From: an uncultured Gammaproteobacteria bacterium
GTDB lineage: Bacteria; Patescibacteriota; Microgenomatia; Woykebacterales; RBG-16-39-9b
Length of the DNA: 64,000 nt
Assembly: GCA_965231125.1 (NCBI GenBank)
Contig: OZ246414.1
Span: forward strand, 576,137 to 640,136
Direction of reading: 5' to 3'
Numbering within the stretch: position 1 is the stretch's first letter; the number at the start of each line of letters is the position of its first letter. Position numbers and translations under genes: made by a program. Below the pieces are notes generated by a model, which saw only the letters and a program-made list of their open reading frames with translations, ran no database searches and was not told where the DNA came from. Below, in pieces: positions 29,102 through 36,183 of the stretch.

Positions 29102-29175
29102 GTTCTTTAAAATTTTTGCGTTTTTTTCTTTTTAATCCCGATTTCATCGGGATTGTTCGAGCCGACAGTTTGGGA

Positions 29176-29388
29176 GGCGCGGCGGGTGGGGTCGCCGCGC
29201 TGGAGCAAGCGAGGCCGAAGGCCGAGCTAATCAAATGAAGTTCGACATTTTTCGTAAACCGCCAGCCAGTAAAGAGAAGAAAGAGGTTGGGAGGTAGCGC
29301 TTTCCGCGCCTTTACCCTGAGGAACGTAGGGCGCCTCCGCGGAAAGCGCGTCAAATCCGCCTTTTTTGAAACTTGCGGACAGCCGCCG
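29176..29388 (-). repeat. GC-rich structured repeat, complete unit B+A (copy 2, inverted)
   Basis: 29176-29269 is the reverse complement of A (26934-27027). 29262-29388 is the reverse complement of B (30883-31007). Contains a 12-bp perfect stem GCGCTTTCCGCG...CGCGGAAAGCGC. Confidence 0.8.
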
Positions 29389-29486
29389 TAAAAAGAAGGA
29401 AGAAAAACGCAAAAAATTGTGCTTCTTGAAAGAAGCCCTGCTCACTATCGTTCGCTTAAAGAACTTTTAAGAGATAAGATAGAAAT

Positions 29487-31016
29487 ATGATTAAATATAT
29501 CGCATATTGCAGAAAATCAACAGATGAACCGGACAGACAAATTTTGTCTATTGAGGCACAAGTTGCAGAACTTGAGGAATTCGCCGCAAAGGAGAATTTA
29601 AAAATAGTTTCTTTCATTACTGAGAGTAAAACTGCCAAAGAGCCAGGAAGACAAAAATTTGCGGAGGTTTTGGAAAAGATAGAAAACGGCGTAGCCGCCG
29701 GTATCATCTCATGGCATCCAGACAGACTTGCAAGAAATTCTGTTGATGGCGGAAAGATTATCTACTTATTGGATACCGGAAAATTACTTGATTTAAAATT
29801 TCCCAGTTTCTGGTTTGAGAATACTCCGCAAGGTAAATTTATGCTTAATATTGCTTTTGGTCAAAGCAAATATTATGTGGATAATCTTTCCGAAAATGTA
29901 AAACGAGGCAATCGCCAAAAACTTCGTCGCGGTGAGTGGCCTAACCAAGCGCAATTTGGCTATCTAAACATTAACAAGAAAATAGAGGTTGATAAGAAAC
30001 GAGCCAAGTATGTGCAACAAGCTTTCCAGCTTTTTGCTACCGGCGGCTATGGATTTGCTGACATCCGCAAATTTTTCAACGAAAACAAAATTTTCAATAA
30101 GTCCGGCCACGAACTTCATTTGGATAAAGTCAAAAGAATTCTGACTGATCCGTTTTACTACGGAGTAATGAGATTTTGCGGCGAACTTTACGAAGGAAAA
30201 CAGGAACCGCTAATATCCAAGAAACTTTTTGATAAGTGCCAAGAAGTAGTCAAACGCAAAAGCCGCAAGGTTAAAAATAACAAACACCTTTTTGATTTTC
30301 TAGGTTTGATTAAGTGTGGCGAATGTAGCGGCGCAATTACGGCGGAAAAACACACTAAGTATTACAAGCGAACTAATAGAACCGCTGAATATATTTACTA
30401 TCGTTGTTCCAAGAAAAAAGGTGCTTGCTCGCAAAAATATATTGAAAAGGTAGAAATTGAAAAGCAATTAAGGGAAAATGTTTTGCGAGCATCTTTGCCG
30501 CCGTTCGCCGCCAAAAAGTTTCTTGAGTGGGCCGATAAAGACGCAAACGAGGAAAAACAGAAATCTTCCGGTATTGTTTTGACCTATCAACTTCAACTCA
30601 AAGAAACAGAAGAAAAGACAGACCGTTTGCTTGAGGGATATCTCGATAAGATAATTAGTTCAGAAGATTACCAAAAGAAGAAAAACGAATTAGTAGAATC
30701 AAAGTCGCTTCTTAACTCCAAAATCAAGGATATTTTCCAAAACGGCGCTGAGTGGCTCGAACCTTTCCAAGAATTCGTAAATAGTGCGCTATCAGCGCAC
30801 AAAATCGCGCGCGCAAAAAATAGTTGCCATGATTTATCTATCATGGCAAAAACTGTCGGCTCGAACTTCTTTTTAATGGATCGGCGGCTGTCCGCAAGTT
30901 TCAAAAAAGGCGGATTTGACGCGCTTTCCGCGGAGGCGCCCTACGTTCCTCAGGGTAAAGGCGCGGAAAGCGCTACCTCCCAACCTCTTTCTTCTCTTTA
31001 CTGGCTGCCGGGCTAG
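29487..31016 (+). CDS. large serine recombinase (resolvase domain + recombinase domain + zinc-ribbon)
   Basis: N-terminus IAYCRKSTDEPDRQ with catalytic Ser. Cys-rich region CGEC...C...C. The last ~44 codons are encoded by repeat B, and the stop codon lies inside the 3' end of tRNA-Gln. Confidence 0.8.
   Translation: MIKYIAYCRKSTDEPDRQILSIEAQVAELEEFAAKENLKIVSFITESKTAKEPGRQKFAEVLEKIENGVAAGIISWHPDRLARNSVDGGKIIYLLDTGKLLDLKFPSFWFENTPQGKFMLNIAFGQSKYYVDNLSENVKRGNRQKLRRGEWPNQAQFGYLNINKKIEVDKKRAKYVQQAFQLFATGGYGFADIRKFFNENKIFNKSGHELHLDKVKRILTDPFYYGVMRFCGELYEGKQEPLISKKLFDKCQEVVKRKSRKVKNNKHLFDFLGLIKCGECSGAITAEKHTKYYKRTNRTAEYIYYRCSKKKGACSQKYIEKVEIEKQLRENVLRASLPPFAAKKFLEWADKDANEEKQKSSGIVLTYQLQLKETEEKTDRLLEGYLDKIISSEDYQKKKNELVESKSLLNSKIKDIFQNGAEWLEPFQEFVNSALSAHKIARAKNSCHDLSIMAKTVGSNFFLMDRRLSASFKKGGFDALSAEAPYVPQGKGAESATSQPLSSLYWLPG
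30883..31007 (+). repeat. GC-rich structured repeat, B part (copy 3, forward), fused to the tRNA-Gln 3' end
   Basis: 125-bp exact inverted match to 29262-29388. It ends in CTGGCTG, which also forms the discriminator+CCA of tRNA-Gln on the other strand. Confidence 0.8.
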
Positions 31017-31075
31017 GATTCGAACCTAGATAACAGGCTTCAAAGGCCCGTGTCCTACCGTTAGACGACCCGGCA
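31002..31075 (-). tRNA. tRNA-Gln (anticodon UUG)
   Basis: Fold: TGCCGGG/CCCGGCA acceptor, 3-bp D-stem, anticodon stem CGGGC/GCCTG with loop CTTTGAA, T-arm CTAGGTTCGAATCCTAG, discriminator G, CCA encoded. Confidence 0.75.
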
Positions 31076-31099
31076 ATAAATAACACTGTGTCGAATCCA

Positions 31100-31174
31100 T
31101 GGTGCCGAGGGAGGGAATTGAACCCCCGACGCTGTGCTCTTCAGGCACACGCTCTACCACTGAGCTACCTCGGC
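31100..31174 (-). tRNA. tRNA-Phe (anticodon GAA)
   Basis: Fold: GCCGAGG/CCTCGGC acceptor, anticodon stem TGTGC/GCACA with loop CTGAAGA, T-arm GGGGGTTCAATTCCCTC, CCA encoded. Confidence 0.85.
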
Positions 31175-31188
31175 ATGTAATTTATTTC

Positions 31189-31233
31189 TGGTGGGTGATT
31201 AGGGACTCGAACCCCAGACCTTCTCGGTATAAG
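31189..31233 (-). pseudogene. tRNA 3' half (anticodon-loop-to-CCA fragment, Val-like)
   Basis: Sequence CTTATAC-CGAGA-AGGTC-TGGGGTTCGAGTCCCTA-ATCACCC-A-CCA. There is no cognate 5' half adjacent. The complementary acceptor strand GGGTGAT lies at 31467-31473. Confidence 0.4.
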
Positions 31234-31258
31234 TCGCCTTGCGCCTTGCGAAAAATCC

Positions 31259-31336
31259 TGGTGGGCACTGAGGGACTCGAACCCCCGGCCTTCTCGGTGT
31301 AAACGAGACGCTCTAAACCAACTGAGCTAAGTGCCC
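31259..31336 (-). tRNA. tRNA-Val (anticodon UAC)
   Basis: Fold: GGGCACT/AGTGCCC acceptor, anticodon stem TCTCG/CGAGA with loop TTTACAC, T-arm GGGGGTTCGAGTCCCTC, CCA encoded. The acceptor helix is extended by the flanking inverted repeat GAAAAATCC/GGATTTTTC. Confidence 0.85.
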
Positions 31337-31439
31337 AGGATTTTTCTAAAACGAGACGCTCTTAGTCCACGACCTGCCTTCCAGCAGGCAAGAGTGGTCG
31401 CAGCATTTGAGAGTACCCAAATCACTTGGATTTGGTTAC

Positions 31440-31473
31440 GGAGAATGCTATCCTCCAACTGAGCTAATCACCC
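31440..31473 (-). pseudogene. tRNA 5' half (acceptor + D-arm start, GGGTGATTAGCTCAGTTGG...)
   Basis: Its acceptor strand is perfectly complementary to the ATCACCC of the 3' half at 31189-31233, about 205 nt away with tRNA-Val in between. Confidence 0.35.
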
Positions 31474-31483
31474 TCGTAATATT

Positions 31484-31569
31484 TGGTGCGGACGAGAGGA
31501 CTTGAACCTCCAACCCTTGCGGGACATGCACCTCAAGCATGCGCGTATACCAAATTCCGCCACGTCCGC
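31484..31569 (-). tRNA. tRNA-Leu (anticodon GAG), long variable arm
   Basis: Fold: GCGGACG/CGTCCGC acceptor, anticodon stem CATGC/GCATG with loop TTGAGGT, long variable arm, T-arm GGAGGTTCAAGTCCTCT, CCA encoded. Confidence 0.8.
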
Positions 31570-31577
31570 ATATAATA

Positions 31578-31662
31578 TGGTGCAGGTGAGAGGACTCGAA
31601 CCTCCAACCCTTGCGGGATACGGCTCTGAACCGTACGCGTATACCAGTTCCGCCACACCTGC
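31578..31662 (-). tRNA. tRNA-Leu (anticodon CAG), long variable arm
   Basis: Fold: GCAGGTG/CACCTGC acceptor, anticodon stem TACGG/CCGTA with loop TTCAGAG, long variable arm, T-arm GGAGGTTCGAGTCCTCT, CCA encoded. Confidence 0.8.
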
Positions 31663-31696
31663 ACGCCTACCATAGTCCACAAGCCAAGTCATAATT

Positions 31697-31744
31697 GGCG
31701 AAGTGGTCGCAGGATGCGTTAGCATCCTCTTCCGCCACCGCGGC
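31697..31744 (-). other. tRNA-like fragment / degenerate tRNA (no canonical T-arm)
   Basis: GCCGCGG-TGGCGGAAGAGG has a Leu-like acceptor and D-arm. It is followed by a GGATGC...GCATCC hairpin and ends in CGCCA. It does not fold into a complete cloverleaf. Confidence 0.25.
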
Positions 31745-31852
31745 ATTTTAGCTAAGATATTCTACCAAATCAACGGGTTTAGTTCAATTTGAGTGGATTA
31801 TTTTACCTCATTTTGTTAGAATTTACACGTTTTGCTGGGTTAGAGAAATTAT

Positions 31853-31926
31853 TCGGGGGTCGTCTAATGGTAGGACAACAGACTCTGGATCTGTGAATTG
31901 GGGTTCGAATCCCTGCCCCCGAGCCA
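31853..31926 (+). tRNA. tRNA-Gln (anticodon CUG)
   Basis: Fold: TCGGGGG/CCCCCGA acceptor, anticodon stem ACAGA/TCTGT with loop CTCTGGA, T-arm GGGGTTCGAATCCC, discriminator G, CCA encoded. Confidence 0.8.
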
Positions 31927-31991
31927 AAGTGAGAATCCTTAGTCCGAAGGACGCAGGATGCACTGGCATACTGATCCCGCAGCCAACTACC

Positions 31992-33185
31992 ATGAGTAAA
32001 ACAGAAACTGCAAAAATTTTATTAAAAGGTCTTGTCGCACCGGCCGGTTGGACAAATCCCGCACCGGCCGGTGAATTAAAAACCCAGTTAGAAAAATATT
32101 TTCAAACAAGAGTCTTCCCAATTAATTCTGGAAGAGCTGCCATCTACTCAATTTTAAAGTCCACCGGTATTGGTGAGGGAGATGAAGTTATAATCCAAGC
32201 CTACACTTGTAACGCCGTCCCGAACCCGGTTTTGTGGGCCAGTGCTACACCAATTTATTCCGATATAGATGAAGAAACTTTGAATGTTAATCCCGAAAGT
32301 CTCAAGGAAAAAATAACTGCAAAAACAAAAGCAATAATACTGCAGCATACTTTCGGGCGGCCGGGGCCAATTGAAGAAGTGTTGGAAATCGCCAAAAACC
32401 ACAACCTTTTGGTCATCGAAGACTGCGCCCACAGCCTTGGGGCTGAGTATAAAGGTAAAAAGCTCGGAACTTTTGGGGATTTCGCCATCGTATCTTTCGG
32501 AAGAGAAAAAGTTATCAGTTCGCTTTCCGGTGGTGCTATATTAGTAAACAATAAAAGGTTCATTGGAGCAATTGATGAGTTTACCAAAGGCCTTAGCTAC
32601 CCTTCTTTTATAACCTACTTAAAAGAATTTAATAATTTTTTTACTTGGCGGCTCTTAATTAGAAAAGTCTTTTTTAGCGGTTTTGGTGCCGGCTTGTTGA
32701 ATTTTCTCAACAGTCAGGATTTTTTCAACGTGGTTACTTCAAGTAAAGAACTCTCTGGGGAAAAACCGCCTTGGTACCCAGCGGCATTTCCCGGAACTTT
32801 TGCCAAAATTGCTTTGCTAGAATTTCCTAAAATTGATGAAATCAACCAGCGAAGAAACGAGATTGCCCACTTTTACGAAAAAAATATCAAGAACGGCGCT
32901 TTTAGACTGTTACCTCACCACGAAGGAATTTACTTGAGGTTTGTAGTTTTGCACGAAAACCCAACTCCTATCTTTGAGGAGGCTAAAAAACGCCATTTTT
33001 GGTTCGGAAATTGGTACAGCAGCCCAATTTACCCGTCAAGGGCAGATATAGCTAAAATGCACTACGACGAGGGCACCTGCCCAGTAGCGGAAAAAATTGC
33101 TTCGCAAACTATTAACCTGCCAAACTATGTCGGGATGAAAGATGACGAGGTACAGGAAGTGGTTGGTTTTATAAATAACTACTAG
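31992..33185 (+). CDS. DegT/DnrJ/EryC1/StrS-family PLP-dependent sugar aminotransferase
   Basis: Start at ATG 31992 (the upstream ORF extension overlaps the tRNA). Motifs HTFGRPGPIEEV...LLVIEDCAHSLGA...GDFAIVSFGREK are typical of this family, including the Schiff-base Lys region. Confidence 0.75.
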   Translation: MSKTETAKILLKGLVAPAGWTNPAPAGELKTQLEKYFQTRVFPINSGRAAIYSILKSTGIGEGDEVIIQAYTCNAVPNPVLWASATPIYSDIDEETLNVNPESLKEKITAKTKAIILQHTFGRPGPIEEVLEIAKNHNLLVIEDCAHSLGAEYKGKKLGTFGDFAIVSFGREKVISSLSGGAILVNNKRFIGAIDEFTKGLSYPSFITYLKEFNNFFTWRLLIRKVFFSGFGAGLLNFLNSQDFFNVVTSSKELSGEKPPWYPAAFPGTFAKIALLEFPKIDEINQRRNEIAHFYEKNIKNGAFRLLPHHEGIYLRFVVLHENPTPIFEEAKKRHFWFGNWYSSPIYPSRADIAKMHYDEGTCPVAEKIASQTINLPNYVGMKDDEVQEVVGFINNY

Positions 33186-33207
33186 TTATTGTTCGAAGGG
33201 GAAGTGT

Positions 33208-34248
33208 ATGAAATTCACCATCGACGAAATAAAAGATAGAGACCTTTGGGAAGAGTTTTCCCTTAGTTCTAACCTAAATACCTTTCTTCAAAGCTGGAAT
33301 TGGGTAGTATTCAATGAATCTTTGGGTCGCAAGATATTTCGGCTCGGAGTTTTAGAAGGAAAAAAGTTAGTTGCCATCTGCCTGCTAATTAAACATGAAA
33401 CTCAAGTTGGAAATTATTTATATGCTCCTCGAGGACCGGTTTTTTCTTGGCAGGAATTAAAAATTCTGGATTTAATTATCCGGCGAGCAAAAGAAATCGC
33501 GCTCGGTGAGGGTTGTATTTTCATTAAAATGGACCCACTTCTGGAAGAATCTCCCGAGAATAGAAAAATCTTTAGAGATAGGGGATTTACACCGGCTGTT
33601 ACCTTTGTGCAAGTAGAAGACGCTTGGCTATTAAGGTTAGATAAACCCGAAGAGGAATTACTTGCTGACATGAGAAAAACAACTCGATACTTAGTGAGGC
33701 ATGAAGCCGAAAAAGGAGTCAAGGTGGAAATTAGCGATAAACTATCGGACATAAAATATTTCACGGATCTTCTTTACCAGACCGCCTCCCGGAAAAATTT
33801 TGTCAATCACCCTAAGGAATATTACATAAAACAGTTCGAGATTTTATCTGCCGATAATCAAATGAGAATTTTTAAAGCTGTGAAAGGTAAGAAAATTCTG
33901 GCGATGGCGGTCGTGGCTTTTTACGCAGAAGCAGCCTTTTACCTGCACGGGGCTTCTGCGCCAGAGGCGCAATCGGCCGGTTACCCCTTACAGTGGGAAA
34001 TTATTAAAGAGGCGAAAAGAAGAGGTTTGAAAATCTATAATTTTTGGGGGGTAGTCAAAGATAAAAACTTTCGTCCGGGCCACCCTTGGTACGGATTTTC
34101 GCTTTTCAAACGCGGCTTCGGTGGGTACAAATACTCTTATATTAGAGCTCAAGACTTACCCATCTCTCCGAAATATTGGCTTTACCGATATGCCGAAAAA
34201 GGAAGAAGACTTCTGAACAGAATCCGAAGCGGGTATTGGGAAGACTAA
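33208..34248 (+). CDS. FemAB-family peptidyltransferase-like protein (aminoacyl-tRNA dependent cell-wall branch transferase family)
   Basis: 346 aa with the two GNAT-like lobes typical of FemX/FemA. It lies downstream of the sugar aminotransferase gene. Confidence 0.6.
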   Translation: MKFTIDEIKDRDLWEEFSLSSNLNTFLQSWNWVVFNESLGRKIFRLGVLEGKKLVAICLLIKHETQVGNYLYAPRGPVFSWQELKILDLIIRRAKEIALGEGCIFIKMDPLLEESPENRKIFRDRGFTPAVTFVQVEDAWLLRLDKPEEELLADMRKTTRYLVRHEAEKGVKVEISDKLSDIKYFTDLLYQTASRKNFVNHPKEYYIKQFEILSADNQMRIFKAVKGKKILAMAVVAFYAEAAFYLHGASAPEAQSAGYPLQWEIIKEAKRRGLKIYNFWGVVKDKNFRPGHPWYGFSLFKRGFGGYKYSYIRAQDLPISPKYWLYRYAEKGRRLLNRIRSGYWED

Positions 34249-34336
34249 GATTTAAGTATGAATTACTAAGGATGAAGTAAGAATTTAACATATAACTTAG
34301 TACTTAATACTTGATCCTTAATACTTATTTTGTTAT
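34228..34336. repeat. ~105-bp AT-rich repeat, copy 1 (includes the gene 3' end ...YWED*)
   Basis: About 80% identical to 38862-38975. Both copies start in the last codons of unrelated genes that share a WED* C-terminus. Confidence 0.6.
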
Positions 34337-34426
34337 ATTCCCATTTACTCGCGCGAGTAGATCGCTTCGCGCTCTGCGTCCGGCTAAACACCGGACTAAT
34401 GTTCAGCGGTTAATTTTAGCTCGCGT

Positions 34427-34501
34427 GCGCGAGTAGTTCAGCGGTAGAACGCTTCCTTGCCAAGGAAGAGGCCGCCGGTTCAAATCCGGTCTCGCGCTCC
34501 A
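34427..34501 (+). tRNA. tRNA-Gly (anticodon GCC)
   Basis: Fold: GCGCGAG/CTCGCGC acceptor, anticodon stem CTTCC/GGAAG with loop TTGCCAA, T-arm GCCGGTTCAAATCCGGT, CCA encoded. A partial duplicate of its 5' part lies at 34329-34343. Confidence 0.85.
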
Positions 34502-34565
34502 GCAACTTTAGCCTCAATTCAAACGTGGGCAGAACGTAGGCAGAAATGCCTATTTTTTATTCCGC

Positions 34566-35000
34566 TTATCCTAATGCTCGGTGCATATGTCCGTCATAGG
34601 ACTTTACGTGCTCATAAGACTGTTTCACTATTTGTTTAAGGATTGGCAGTTCTATATCGCTGAGCCGCTTGATATATACACAAACCCTGCTCGTAGAGTG
34701 TTTGCCTAAGCGAGCCAGAAGTTCAGAGTAGCGTGCCGTGCCGTCCATAAGGTAAACGGATATCTTACCCTTTCTTGGATAAAAACCAATAGTATGAGAG
34801 TCGCCTTCGTGCCCGCTGTCGTATTTATAGTGGTAAGTATCAAACCCGATAGTGCCTATACCCCACATTTTTGGCTCATGCCCGCTTATTCGCTGCATCA
34901 TTTCAATTAGCACAAGGCTATCTTTTACGGTTTGCTCATCATCAAGTGAAGCAATATAGTCTTTGACTGAACTGTCGTTTTGAGCAGTCATTTTGTCCAT
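34566..35000 (-). CDS. DUF1801 (YdhG-like) domain protein
   Basis: Pattern KMWGIGTIGFDTYHYKYDSGHEGDSHTIGFYPRKGKISVYL is typical of DUF1801. Confidence 0.55.
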   Translation of the reverse strand: MDKMTAQNDSSVKDYIASLDDEQTVKDSLVLIEMMQRISGHEPKMWGIGTIGFDTYHYKYDSGHEGDSHTIGFYPRKGKISVYLMDGTARYSELLARLGKHSTSRVCVYIKRLSDIELPILKQIVKQSYEHVKSYDGHMHRALG

Positions 35001-35352
35001 AAGCCATATTGTACCATCTCAGACAGGGGGGATTACACAGACATTCCACGATGAAATTGCAACTGAGCTAGAAAAGAGACAGCAATGAAATAATGAATAT
35101 ATTGGTTCTATGCGACAGCATTGATAAAATAATAGCACTTCAGGAGTTTAGAAAATAATTGGTTTCTTGAAGCACTAGAGTAGGATAGGGGATTTTCTTC
35201 ACAGCCTCCAAAAGTTCAATTAACGCCCTGTCTGGAGCTCCACGTACTTTAGCCCAGAAGCCCTTGGTTGGTATTAATTTACAAAAAGATAAGTAGAGAC
35301 ACAAAAAAACCTTGCATGAAGCAAGGCTTTTTGTATTGCGTTGTCAACGTAA

Positions 35353-35550
35353 TTAGGCAAGTTTTACATTTTTTGCACTTGGACCTTTTTCACCGTCTAC
35401 AACATCAAATGTAACAGGTGCTCCAACTTCAAGCGCATCAAAAGAAACATCGCTTAAATCATTAGAGTGAAAGAAAAGATCTTTAGTTTCTCCGTCACGA
35501 GAAATAAATCCAAACCCTTTATCCGTTTTTGTTTTAATTGTTCCGTTCAT
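35353..35550 (-). CDS. cspA: cold-shock protein (CspA family)
   Basis: 65 aa with RNP1-like KGFGFI and a cold-shock domain. Confidence 0.85.
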   Translation of the reverse strand: MNGTIKTKTDKGFGFISRDGETKDLFFHSNDLSDVSFDALEVGAPVTFDVVDGEKGPSAKNVKLA

Positions 35551-35810
35551 AGTATTTTTAGATAGATTTGTTAATTAAACCTACTGTACCTCCTTTCGAT
35601 TTTAATATTATACTATATCAAGAGACATTTACCTAATGTATTTGTTTAACAGCCTCAATAAGTCCAAGTAAACCGCTTCGCGTTTTGCGACCATTTCGTG
35701 GACTAAACGCCCTGTCTGGAGCTCCAACGATTTTTGCCTCAGTTTAATTATTACGCCATGTATAAAAAATGGGTATTGCTATTTACCAAAACTCGAATTA
35801 ATATTAAAAC

Positions 35811-36059
35811 ATGGCAATTTATGTTGCATCAGAAGCTCATGAAGAATCTGAGCATGACGATAGAGTGAAAGAGGTAGAAAGTTTCAGATCGACGTTAAAA
35901 GACGTTACTTTCTACTCGAGTTGCTTTAAAGGCGGCTCCCACCGCTCTTTTATCATAGTTCACGCCCATTCCCTGGATGAGGCCAAAAGTGGAGTTCCTG
36001 AGGGGTTTAGAGACAGCCTAGTCGAGGTAGAAGAAATGGACTGGGGCCCCGAAGGTTAA
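35811..36059 (+). CDS. small hypothetical protein
   Basis: 82-aa acidic ORF with no recognised domain. Confidence 0.3.
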   Translation: MAIYVASEAHEESEHDDRVKEVESFRSTLKDVTFYSSCFKGGSHRSFIIVHAHSLDEAKSGVPEGFRDSLVEVEEMDWGPEG

Positions 36060-36183
36060 CAGACTCAAAAAGCTCTAATAGATCGCATTGCGTTCTGAGA
36101 TCAATTCGTGGGCCAAGTGTCCGTTCCGGTGGTAAACATTATCTTTTTGACAAATTTTTCCATACACGCTAGTATTTAATTAC

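Noticed and set aside
26844-29445. ORFs 26844-27071 (+), 29067-29354 (-) and 29227-29445 (-) sharing peptide segments (GWRFTKNVELHLISSAFGLACSSAATPPAAPP; RRLSASFKKGGFDALSAEAP…)
   Set aside because: The shared peptides just reflect translation of the inverted GC-rich repeats. The frames have no starts or RBS context and overlap hairpin-dense non-coding DNA.
31893-31991. 33-codon N-terminal extension of the DegT-like aminotransferase ORF
   Set aside because: It overlaps tRNA-Gln(CUG) on the same strand. The ATG at 31992 gives a typical DegT N-terminus.
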